32,000 nt of DNA from Candidatus Electronema halotolerans (GTDB taxonomy: Bacteria > Desulfobacterota > Desulfobulbia > Desulfobulbales > Desulfobulbaceae). Where the stretch lies: positions 1,650,001-1,682,000 of the forward strand of contig OW818675.1 in assembly GCA_942493095.1 (NCBI GenBank), read 5' to 3'. The position numbers and the translations under genes were made by a program. The notes under the pieces are model-generated. The model saw only the letters and a program-made list of their open reading frames with translations. It ran no database searches and was not told where the DNA came from. Below, piece after piece: positions 7,172 to 15,741 of this stretch (position 1 is its first letter; every line of letters starts with the position of its first letter).

Positions 7172-7242
7172 CAAAAGCACTGGAATTACAACCCCGGAAA
7201 TTATCGGAGAGCCAAATTTTTCGCCCCTACGATTTCGGCTGA

Positions 7243-8313
7243 TCAATCCAGCCCCTTGAGGGCCTCAGTCTGGAAATGGGTGATCAGAGGCAGCACCACC
7301 TCGTCCAGTTCGCCGGACATGACCTGCTCCAGCTTGTAGAGCGTCAGGCCGATGCGATGGTCTGTGACCCGGCCTTGAGGAAAGTTGTAGGTGCGGATGC
7401 GCTCGCTGCGGTCGCCAGTGCCAACCTGTCCTTTGCGCTCGGCGGAAATTTTGTCACTGCGCTCCTGCTCCATTTTGTCCAAGAGACGGGCGCGCAGCAC
7501 TTGCAGGGCCTTGGCCTTGTTCTTGTGCTGCGACTTTTCGTCCTGACAGGTGACGACCAAACCAGTGGGCAGATGCGTGACCCGGACTGCTGAGTCCGTG
7601 GTGTTGACCGACTGACCGCCTGGCCCGGAAGAGCGATAGACATCGAATTTCAGCTCATTGGCGGCAATGTTCAATTCCACTTCCTCGGCTTCCGGCAGGA
7701 TGGCGACCGTGACTGCGGAAGTGTGTATCCGGCCTTGGGTCTCAGTCTCAGGCACCCGCTGGACCCGATGCGCACCAGACTCGTACTTGAGCTTGGAATA
7801 AACCCGATGACCGGAAATCAGGGCGATCAGCTCCTTGAAGCCGCCAATGCCAATGGGATTGGAACTCATGATCTCGGTTTTCCAGCCCTGACTTTCGGCA
7901 AAGCGGGAATACATCCTGAACAGATCACTGACAAACAAAGCCGCCTCATCCCCGCCCGTGCCTGCCCGGATTTCCAAGAAAATGTTCTTGCTGTCATTCG
8001 GGTCAGGCGGCAGGAGGAGGAGCCGGATTTCCCGCTCCAGCTCGGCCTGCCGCTCAGTCAGCCCCTCAATCTCGGCCTTGGCCAGCTCGGCCAGCTCCGG
8101 GTCATCCTCAGCATTACGAATCAGCTCGCGGCTGCCTGCCAAGTCTTGGCCGACCTTGAGATATTTGTCATGCAGACCGCAGAGCTTGGCCACTCGCGCA
8201 TGATCGCGCATCAATGCCTGATACTTTTTTTGATCCTGCATCAAATTCGGTTCAGCAAGCTGCCGCTCCAAGGCGGACATCTTCTCATGAATATCAGCAA
8301 GATTGGCAAGCAT
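7243..8313 (-). CDS. prfA: Peptide chain release factor 1
   Basis: GGQ motif in [46 protein letters not shown], plus [27 protein letters not shown]. Confidence 0.98.
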   Translation of the reverse strand: MLANLADIHEKMSALERQLAEPNLMQDQKKYQALMRDHARVAKLCGLHDKYLKVGQDLAGSRELIRNAEDDPELAELAKAEIEGLTERQAELEREIRLLLLPPDPNDSKNIFLEIRAGTGGDEAALFVSDLFRMYSRFAESQGWKTEIMSSNPIGIGGFKELIALISGHRVYSKLKYESGAHRVQRVPETETQGRIHTSAVTVAILPEAEEVELNIAANELKFDVYRSSGPGGQSVNTTDSAVRVTHLPTGLVVTCQDEKSQHKNKAKALQVLRARLLDKMEQERSDKISAERKGQVGTGDRSERIRTYNFPQGRVTDHRIGLTLYKLEQVMSGELDEVVLPLITHFQTEALKGLD

Positions 8314-8356
8314 GGCAGCTCAAAGCGAGACAAGGGGGAGAGAGGGAGGCTGCGGC

Positions 8357-8575
8357 TCAAGCCGTTTTCTGCTCGAAATGCTTGGCGTATTTCTTCTTGA
8401 ACTTCTCAATCCGGCCTGCGGTGTCCACTAATTTCTGCTTGCCAGTGAAGAACGGGTGGCAGGCAGAACATATTTCCACGTGCAGCGAGCCATTGACCGA
8501 GCCGGTCTCGATCTCGTTGCCGCAGGCGCAGGTGGCGGTTATCTTCTGATATGTGGGATGGATATCCGGTTTCAT
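8357..8575 (-). CDS. rpmE: 50S ribosomal protein L31
   Basis: [63 protein letters not shown] (Cys-containing L31). The ATG at 8575 is internal to the listed ORF. Confidence 0.97.
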   Translation of the reverse strand: MKPDIHPTYQKITATCACGNEIETGSVNGSLHVEICSACHPFFTGKQKLVDTAGRIEKFKKKYAKHFEQKTA

Positions 8576-8702
8576 CGTCTCTGACCTCTCAGAAAGACCG
8601 CCATCAATCGGCGGGCAGAATTTATCAGTTGCAAAGAACATATTATACCTGTTCCGCTGGGGGAAACAAAGGAAAATATGCAGGCAGCGGCTGAGGGCCG
8701 CT

Positions 8703-9953
8703 TCAGCTGTTCATAGAGGCGAAGAACTCGGCATTGCTCTGGGTGTGCTTGATTTTTTCAAGAAGGAACTCCATCGCGTCTGCCGGATTCATGGAAGAGA
8801 GGAGCTTGCGCAGGATCCACATCCGGTTCAGCTCATCCGCCGAAAGGAGCAGGTCTTCCTTGCGGGTGCCGGATTTCTGAATGTTGATCGAGGGATAGAT
8901 GCGGCGATCCGACATCTTGCGATCCAGAACAATCTCCATGTTGCCAGTGCCTTTGAACTCCTCAAAGATCACGTCATCCATGCGGCTGCCGGTTTCAATC
9001 AGGGCAGTGGCAAGAATGGTCAGGCTGCCGCCCTCCTCAATGTTGCGGGCCGAGCCGAAAAAACGCTTGGGCCGGTGCAGGGCATTGGCCTCCACGCCGC
9101 CGGAAAGAATCTTGCCCGAAGCTGGAGTCACCGTGTTGTAGGCGCGGGCCAGCCGGGTGATGGAGTCCAGCAGGATGACCACGTCCCGGCGGTGCTCGAC
9201 CAGACGGCGGGCCTTTTCAATCACCATTTCCGCCACCTGAATATGCCGCTGCGGCGGCTCGTCAAAGGTGGAGCTGACCACTTCCGCATCCACGCTCCGC
9301 TGCATGTCTGTGACCTCTTCAGGCCGCTCGTCAATCAGCAGGACTATCGGAATGATCTCCTTGTTATTTTTGACAATAGCTCTGGCTATCTGCTGCATGA
9401 GCACGGTCTTGCCAGTCCGGGGCGGGGCCACGATCAGGCCGCGCTGGCCCTTGCCCAAGGGCGAGACAATATTCATGATCCGGGTCGAATAGTTATCCGG
9501 GTCAGATTCGAGATTGATCAGCTCTTGGGGATGCAGCGGCGTGAGATTGACAAACAGCGTTTTGTCGTTTGATCTGTCCGCTGGCTCATAGTTGACATTG
9601 TCAACCTTGAGCAGGGCAAAGTAACGCTCATTCTCCTTGGGCGCCCTGACCTCGCCCTCCACCGTGTCGCCGGTGTTCAGATTGAGCTTCCGAATCTGGG
9701 AGGGAGAAACGTAAATGTCATCCGGCCCTGGCAGATAGTTGTAATCCGGTGCGCGGAGAAAGCCGAAGCCATCCTGAAGCACCTCCAGCACGCCGCTGCC
9801 GCGCAGCTTGCCGTCCTGCTCGGACTGCGCCTTGAGGATGGCGAAAATCAGCTCCTGCTTGCGCATGGAACTGTAGCCCTCGATCCGCAAGTTGGCGGCC
9901 AAGGCGACCAGATCCTTTATTTTTTTGTTTTTCAGCTCAGTAGGATTGATCAT
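8703..9953 (-). CDS. rho: Transcription termination factor Rho
   Basis: [69 protein letters not shown]-like [40 protein letters not shown]. Confidence 0.98.
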   Translation of the reverse strand: MINPTELKNKKIKDLVALAANLRIEGYSSMRKQELIFAILKAQSEQDGKLRGSGVLEVLQDGFGFLRAPDYNYLPGPDDIYVSPSQIRKLNLNTGDTVEGEVRAPKENERYFALLKVDNVNYEPADRSNDKTLFVNLTPLHPQELINLESDPDNYSTRIMNIVSPLGKGQRGLIVAPPRTGKTVLMQQIARAIVKNNKEIIPIVLLIDERPEEVTDMQRSVDAEVVSSTFDEPPQRHIQVAEMVIEKARRLVEHRRDVVILLDSITRLARAYNTVTPASGKILSGGVEANALHRPKRFFGSARNIEEGGSLTILATALIETGSRMDDVIFEEFKGTGNMEIVLDRKMSDRRIYPSINIQKSGTRKEDLLLSADELNRMWILRKLLSSMNPADAMEFLLEKIKHTQSNAEFFASMNS

Positions 9954-10343
9954 CAGCGGTTCTCTTTCTCCTCTTGGAACAGGGGCCAGTGTGATTTGGG
10001 TTGGAAAACATCAGGACAGAAGTGCAGCAAAGCACTCCGGCAGGATCATGCTGGAGTCTTGCAGCACACATTTTTTCTGCTGTTGGCAAGCAATGAAATA
10101 ATGAATAAGTCGTGTCATGCCGGAACTGATCCAGCATGACTGCGCAGAATGGGCATGTCAGCAATGCTCCGCCTTAAACGGCAGAGTTTCATTCAATGAA
10201 TTCAGGAGGGGTCTTCTTTGATGACAGCGGCAAAAAAAGAACAGGCCGAGACAGTCGGCAGGATGCAATAAATTTTCAGAATTGGAAAAATGCGGAAAAA
10301 CAGAATTGAGTCTGTTGAATATTATTTGCTGACTGGAATTCTG

Positions 10344-10961
10344 TCAAGATGTTTTGCGGAAAAAAATCTGCCCTTGGGCCAGAATGGCGGCAAGCTGCCG
10401 GAGCTGGCCGCAGGTCTTCTGCCAATAGCCAGAATTATCAACAAGATAATCGGCGAGCCGTTTTTTCTCCTCCAGCGGCATCTGGGCCGCCGCAGCTTGA
10501 CGGGCCTGCTCTTCTGTGACCTGATCGCGCTCCATGATCCGCCGCAAGCGCACTGCCTCGGTCGCATAGACCAGCACAGTCAGGGAAACACTGTCCTGCC
10601 AGCCCGCCTCAAAAAGCAGGGGAATCTCGGCCAGCACCAGCGGCGCGGTCTGCTGCGCGGCTTGGGTCAGCATTTCCTTTTTGGCCAAGGGATGGAGGAT
10701 GTTGTCAATTTGCTGCCGCAGCGCGGAATCAGCAAAGATGGCTTCGCGCAGCTTGGGCCGGTTCAGCTCGCCAGCAGCAGTGAAAAAATTTGCGGGCAAC
10801 AATGTTCGCAAAGCTGCCCAGCCTGCCGCCTGCGGCAGGAGAAGCTTGCGGCAAATCTGATCTGCGTCGAGCAGCGGCCAGCCGCTCAGTTCGGCTAAAT
10901 ACGAGCAGACCCGGCTTTTGCCGGAACCGATGCCGCCAGTGATGCCGATGATCTCAGGCAA
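10344..10961 (-). CDS. coaE: Dephospho-CoA kinase (likely TTG start at 10961, 8-bp overlap with rluD)
   Basis: LPEIIGITGGIGSGKSRVCSYLAELSGWPLLDADQICR (P-loop), PLLFEAGWQDSVSLTVLVYA. The listed ORF extends upstream to 11057, but that extension lies inside rluD. Confidence 0.93.
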   Translation of the reverse strand: MPEIIGITGGIGSGKSRVCSYLAELSGWPLLDADQICRKLLLPQAAGWAALRTLLPANFFTAAGELNRPKLREAIFADSALRQQIDNILHPLAKKEMLTQAAQQTAPLVLAEIPLLFEAGWQDSVSLTVLVYATEAVRLRRIMERDQVTEEQARQAAAAQMPLEEKKRLADYLVDNSGYWQKTCGQLRQLAAILAQGQIFFRKTS

Positions 10962-11928
10962 GGCTGTGCCGCTCCCGGAGCAGAGCCAAAGTTGCGGCCA
11001 TGTCTGGCCAGAGCGGGGCGGTGAAGCGGCAGCTTTCGCCAGTGATCGGATGGACAAAGGCTAATTCAGAAGCGTGAAGCAGCTGACGCTCCGCCTGCAC
11101 AGTCCGGCTGGAGCCGCCGTAGAGCGCATCGCCCAGCACTGGTGCGCCGATGGAGGACAAATGCACCCGGATTTGATGGGTGCGCCCGGTCTCAATAGCA
11201 ATTTCCGCCCAGCAGCAGCCATTGGCAAAGCGTTCCCATATCTGCCAGTTGGTCACTGCCGCCCGGCCATCGCGCTGCCGCACCGCCATTTTCTGCCGGT
11301 TGACCGGATGGCGGCCAATGGGCGCGTCAATCCGGCCTTTGTCTGCTGCCGGGCTGCGCAGGAGCAGGGCATGATAGATTTTGCGGATTTGCCGCTCCTT
11401 AAAGGCGGCAGTGAGCAGCCGCTGGGCTGTTTCGGTGCGGGCGGCCAGCATGATGCCGGACGTGTCCTTGTCCAAACGGTGAACAAGGCCGGGCCGGTCA
11501 CTGTCTGCTGCAGCCAGCTCGCTGTAGCGGTGGAGCAGGCCGTTGACCAAGGTGCCGTCCGCATGACCGGCAGCAGGATGGGCCACCAAGCCAGGCGGCT
11601 TGCTGATCACGGCCAAGTGCTGATCTTCAAAAAGAATGTCAAAAGCAACAGGCTGGGGCTGGGGGCGTTCTTCTGCGGCAGGGGCGGATAAAGCAACAGA
11701 GATGCGGTCTTCAGGCCGCAGTTTGCAGCCGGGCTTGACCTGACTGCTGTTGACTAAAACATGGCCGGAGCGGATCAGCCGGTCAAGAGCCGAGCGGCTT
11801 TGTTCCGGCAGCAGGCGGACCAAGCAGTGATCCAGCCGCTGCCCGGCCTCGTGCGACCGCACCTGAAAAAAAAGAAAGTTCTCGACAGCTACTGTCTCAG
11901 GCAAAGAGCTGCTCAAGCTGCTCCTCAA
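10954..11928 (-). CDS. RluD-family 23S rRNA pseudouridine synthase
   Basis: S4-like N-terminus; VHRLDKDTSGIMLAARTETAQ catalytic motif; GRTHQIRVHLSSIGAPVLGDALYGG. Confidence 0.93.
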   Translation of the reverse strand: MRSSLSSSLPETVAVENFLFFQVRSHEAGQRLDHCLVRLLPEQSRSALDRLIRSGHVLVNSSQVKPGCKLRPEDRISVALSAPAAEERPQPQPVAFDILFEDQHLAVISKPPGLVAHPAAGHADGTLVNGLLHRYSELAAADSDRPGLVHRLDKDTSGIMLAARTETAQRLLTAAFKERQIRKIYHALLLRSPAADKGRIDAPIGRHPVNRQKMAVRQRDGRAAVTNWQIWERFANGCCWAEIAIETGRTHQIRVHLSSIGAPVLGDALYGGSSRTVQAERQLLHASELAFVHPITGESCRFTAPLWPDMAATLALLRERHSLA

Positions 11929-12400
11929 CCGTTTCCTCAGCCACGTCTCCAGCTAAAGAAAGCTCCCGGACCAGCAGGTTTTTAGCTGTGTCCACCATTT
12001 TGCGCTCGCCGTAGGAAAGGTCTTTGTCGCCCTTGAGCACCAGCAAGTCCCGCAGCACTGCCGCCACCTCAAAGACCGAGCCGGTTTTGATCTTGTCCAT
12101 GTAGTCCCGGTAACGGCGGTTCCATGTCTGGGAATTGTGCTTCACCTCCCGGTCCCTGAGAATGTCCTCCACCTTTTTCACCTCTTTTTTCGAGATGATG
12201 GGCCGGAGACCGGCATTTTCACTGGTGGCGGTCGGCACCATGATGGTCATGCCGTTGTCAAAGATTTTCAAGACATAGAAGGACTGGTCAATCCCTCCGA
12301 TCTGCTGCACTTTGATGTTTTCAATCTGGCCGACTCCATAGGAAGGATAAACAGCCATGTCACCTGTGGCGAATCTGATTTTTTCCTTGACTTCGCTCAT
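11897..12400 (-). CDS. CarD/CdnL-type transcriptional regulator
   Basis: KIRFATGDMAVYPSYGVGQIENIKVQQIGGIDQSFYVLKIFDNGMTIMVPTATSENAGLRPIISKKEVKKVEDIL; CarD N-terminal fold plus basic helical C-terminus. Confidence 0.92.
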   Translation of the reverse strand: MSEVKEKIRFATGDMAVYPSYGVGQIENIKVQQIGGIDQSFYVLKIFDNGMTIMVPTATSENAGLRPIISKKEVKKVEDILRDREVKHNSQTWNRRYRDYMDKIKTGSVFEVAAVLRDLLVLKGDKDLSYGERKMVDTAKNLLVRELSLAGDVAEETVEEQLEQLFA

Positions 12401-12538
12401 AATAGCTCCGGCTGGCAGACAGTTGTGCAGATAAATGAAAGATCAGCTACAGCTGGACAGGATAGCACATTTCAGCCGTTCTTGCAAATCAAGGAAATTG
12501 ATCTTTATTATTATTTATTTTGATAGCCGGGGCAGCTC

Positions 12539-13135
12539 TCAGGTGCGGCCATTGATCTGGTTCATGCACTGGGCCGCGCCATGACCGATGAACAGCTCGA
12601 CCGCCTCCTCAATCAGCGGCAGGCGGCTGTTGAACAGAGCCAGCTCCTCCTCACTGAAGGCGGAGAGCACGTAGCGTTCAACCGGCATTCCCTGCCCTTG
12701 CTCATTGCGCGGCGGACGGCCTATGCCGATTTTCAGGCGGGCGAAATTCTGCCCGCCCAGATGCTGGATCAGAGAACGGATGCCATTATGCCCCCCTGCC
12801 CCGCCTTTGGCCGCAACCTTGATTTTTCCCGGCTGCAAATCAAGATCATCATGGATAACCAGGATTCTCTCCGGGCAGAGACGGTGAAAAGTGGCAAAGC
12901 GGCTCACGCACTCACCGGAGCGGTTCATGAAGGTCTGTGGCTTGAGGAGTAGCACCCGCTGTCCGGCCAGCAGACCGCTGCCATGCAAGCCCTGCCATTT
13001 TGCCGCAGTCAGGCTCCAGCCCTGCTGATCAGCAAAATACTCCACGGCGAGAAAACCGGCATTGTGACGGGTCAGCTCATACTGCTGGCCGGGATTGCCT
13101 AAGCCGACAATCAGGCAGGGTGAATCAGTCTCCAT
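12539..13135 (-). CDS. pth: Peptidyl-tRNA hydrolase
   Basis: CLIVGLGNPGQQYELTRHNAGFLAVEYFA, LLKPQTFMNRSGECV, LVIHDDLDLQPGKIKVAAKGGAGGHNGIRSLIQHL. Start METDSP at 13135. Confidence 0.97.
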   Translation of the reverse strand: METDSPCLIVGLGNPGQQYELTRHNAGFLAVEYFADQQGWSLTAAKWQGLHGSGLLAGQRVLLLKPQTFMNRSGECVSRFATFHRLCPERILVIHDDLDLQPGKIKVAAKGGAGGHNGIRSLIQHLGGQNFARLKIGIGRPPRNEQGQGMPVERYVLSAFSEEELALFNSRLPLIEEAVELFIGHGAAQCMNQINGRT

Positions 13136-13243
13136 GCGTCCAGATATGCTTGAGGTTTGAACAACTGCTGAACCCTGCATCATAATCGCGCTGCTGCAAA
13201 ACTGCAAGCATTCCTGCATGGCGGCTTGTGACGATATGGAAGG

Positions 13244-14362
13244 TCAATTCATGCCAGCCAGCGCGGAATACGCCTGCCGCAGTTCCGCCAGAATGTTATC
13301 AGCATCTAAATGCTGCTGGTAATAGGCTTTGGCCTTGGCCGCCTGCGCCGTTCGGAGCTGCGCATCCTTGCTCAGACGTTCCGCCTGCGCCCACATCTCT
13401 GCCGGACTGTTCACCTCCAGCCACGCCCCTTCACTCGGCGGCAGGCCGCGCATTGCTCCGTTGCGGGCAACAATGGCCCGGCCCGCTGCCAGTGCCTCCA
13501 CCACCTTGATCTGCACTCCCATGCCCAAGGCAGTAGGCAGTAGGATGATGCCGCATTCCTGATAGGGCTGATTGTTGTCAACATACCTTGTCACCTTCAG
13601 CACATCAGGCCATAGGGCAAATTGCGACAGCGCGCCATAGACCGTAAAGGGCAGGGGCTGAGGCATGGCTGCCTGTCCCAGCCAGCGCAGCCCTTCCTGA
13701 TTGAAGAAATTGGCTGAACCAGTCAGGCCGACCCTATCTGTTAGAGGAAAATCAGAAGGCTGGGCCAGCGGAGGACTCCAGAGAATATTATTTACGCCAC
13801 GGCGGCGGAGTTGGATTTCCTCATCTTTGGAAATCACCACAATCAAATCAGCCTTGCGCAGGTCTTCGGTCTCGCAGCGGCTTCCCCCCCACATTTGGTT
13901 TGACCATAAATCAAGCAGCACAAGCACTTTGGGACAGGCAGTCGGCAGCCATGTCCAGTAACTATAGTTGATCACGGCCAGATCAGCATCACGGCTGCAT
14001 TCGAGCAGGAAGTCGGGCGGAAAGGCGTGCCGATGGTAAGGATTGGCATGACCAAAAGCCCGCTCCAGCTTTAAACCCTTGCAAACAGCACCATAAGCCA
14101 ATCCGGCCCATTGCCGCCAGTTACGGGAAGAATACAACTCCTCGCGCAGCCGCACAGCAAAACCGCGCTCCTCAATCTGCTTTTTCATCTCAGCAGTCCA
14201 GCCCATGCCTGCGGGCCGGGTCGCAGCGGAAGCAATGGTGCATTCGCCCATCGTTTGCAGCAGGTCAAGATGCTTCCACATTTCCACCTTGCCGCCAGTG
14301 TCGCTTGGCAGCGGGCAGTAGGGGGTGAGAACAACGGATTTCATTTCTTTTGCTCCAAACAA
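13244..14362 (-). CDS. Glycosyltransferase (GT4-like)
   Basis: GT-B style C-terminus ECGIILLPTALGMGVQIKVVEALAAGRAIVARNGAMRGLP; N-terminus VVLTPYCPLPSDTGGKVEMWKHLDLL. Confidence 0.85.
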   Translation of the reverse strand: MFGAKEMKSVVLTPYCPLPSDTGGKVEMWKHLDLLQTMGECTIASAATRPAGMGWTAEMKKQIEERGFAVRLREELYSSRNWRQWAGLAYGAVCKGLKLERAFGHANPYHRHAFPPDFLLECSRDADLAVINYSYWTWLPTACPKVLVLLDLWSNQMWGGSRCETEDLRKADLIVVISKDEEIQLRRRGVNNILWSPPLAQPSDFPLTDRVGLTGSANFFNQEGLRWLGQAAMPQPLPFTVYGALSQFALWPDVLKVTRYVDNNQPYQECGIILLPTALGMGVQIKVVEALAAGRAIVARNGAMRGLPPSEGAWLEVNSPAEMWAQAERLSKDAQLRTAQAAKAKAYYQQHLDADNILAELRQAYSALAGMN

Positions 14363-15510
14363 TGGAAGACCGCCGTGCAGAAGCCAGCGCGGAAAGTTTC
14401 TGTGTCCATGCCGTCAACAATCTGCCGGTTGCGGACAATATGTTTTTGTTGATCATGGGTCAGCATTTTCTGCAAGCAGTGAATCATTGCTCTGCCGTCA
14501 TCCACAGGAAAGAGCCAGTCCTTGGGCAGCAGCTCGGCCATGCCATCAAGATCACTGGCCAAAACCGGCAGACCCCAGCGCATGGCCTCCAGCATGACCA
14601 CGGGCACGCCCTCAAAGCGGGAGGGCAGCAGGACGGCATCCAAGCGTTGATACCATACTGCTGTATCATCGACCCAACCAGCAAAGCTGACCAGTTCGCG
14701 CAGGCGCAGGGCATCAACAAGCTGCTCCACTCGCGCCCGGTCTGGGCCATCGCCAATAATATGGACATGCAGGGGCGGCAGTTCCTCTTTGTGTCGGGCC
14801 AAGTGCTGGAAGAAGAAGTCGTGCCGCTTCTGCTGCAACTCTATTCTGCCGATCAGGGCGAGGTGCTTTGGCTCGCTCTCCGGTTTCTGGGGCAAGGCCA
14901 GCGGCTGGCTGCGGTCAAAATCCAAGCCGAAATACTGGACAAAGATGCGCTCGTTCGGCACCTTGTGCAGCTCATGCAACTGCGCCTTGGCGGTCTTGCA
15001 GATGGTGAAGAAGTAATCCGGCAGGGCGTAGAGCCTGCAATAGAGCCACTCTTGCAGGCGCACAGACAGGCTGTTCTGGCCGCGCACCAGAGCCACTGGA
15101 TGGGCCATTGGCAGGAAGCTCATCAGCGGGAGGCCAGCAGCGCGGGCCGCACCAAGGCCGCAGGCAGACAAGGCAATTGCTCCCTGCGAGACAATGACCA
15201 GCTCCGGCTGCAAGCGCAGCAGTTCCTGCCGCAGCCGCCTGACCTTTGGACTCTGGCCCAGCACCCGGAAGACATCGCCCGGCTCGGTCTGGAAATCATG
15301 CGGAATGATCGTCACCCGCCCTGCCAGTTCCTTGCCTTGGATGAGGCTGAGGAGCCGCTGATTGCGCTGCGGCAGGAGCAGGAACACGGCCAGTTCTGCC
15401 GCCTGCGCCAGGCCGCGCACCGCTTCCAGCAGCGTGACCTCGTGGCCGCCAAAGCTGGTGGAGTCTAAGTAAATCAGGACTCGGTGCTTGTCTGTATCAA
15501 GAGAACGCAT
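14341..15510 (-). CDS. Glycosyltransferase (GT4-like), overlaps the preceding gene by 22 bp
   Basis: LALIGRIELQQKRHDFFFQHL, HIIGDGPDRARVEQLVDALRLRELVSFAGWVDD, LLPSRFEGVPVVMLEAMRWGLPVLASDLDGMAELL. Confidence 0.92.
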   Translation of the reverse strand: MRSLDTDKHRVLIYLDSTSFGGHEVTLLEAVRGLAQAAELAVFLLLPQRNQRLLSLIQGKELAGRVTIIPHDFQTEPGDVFRVLGQSPKVRRLRQELLRLQPELVIVSQGAIALSACGLGAARAAGLPLMSFLPMAHPVALVRGQNSLSVRLQEWLYCRLYALPDYFFTICKTAKAQLHELHKVPNERIFVQYFGLDFDRSQPLALPQKPESEPKHLALIGRIELQQKRHDFFFQHLARHKEELPPLHVHIIGDGPDRARVEQLVDALRLRELVSFAGWVDDTAVWYQRLDAVLLPSRFEGVPVVMLEAMRWGLPVLASDLDGMAELLPKDWLFPVDDGRAMIHCLQKMLTHDQQKHIVRNRQIVDGMDTETFRAGFCTAVFHCLEQKK

Positions 15511-15565
15511 GTTTTTCTGTTATGTTTAGCCTTGCCGCGCTGCTTGCACTCCAGTGCGACGAACG

Positions 15566-15676
15566 GTTGCACGAGAGTGCAATGGTCAGTTGCACGAGAG
15601 TACAATGGTCAGTTGCACGAGAGTACAATGGTCAGTTGCACGAGAGTACAATGGTCAGTTGCACGAGAGTGCAATA
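15566..15676. repeat. Tandem array of 23-bp hairpin repeats (4 full units plus a partial)
   Basis: GTTGCACGAGAGT[G/A]CAATGGTCA at 15566, 15589, 15612 and 15635; a partial unit at 15658. TTGCAC-GAGA-GTGCAA forms a perfect stem in the first and last units. Confidence 0.95.
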
Positions 15677-15741
15677 AAAGTTTGCACTCCAGTATAATCG
15701 GCAGGGGCACTTTGGTTCAGCGCGGCAGGCGTAGGGACAAT

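Noticed and set aside
8553-9572. 339-aa plus-strand ORF
   Set aside because: Fully antisense to the unambiguous rho gene; an artefact of high-GC codon bias with no recognisable domain.
15543-15696. CRISPR-like array
   Set aside because: Units are contiguous 23-mers with a constant 7-nt linker included; no unique spacers of CRISPR length and no cas genes nearby.
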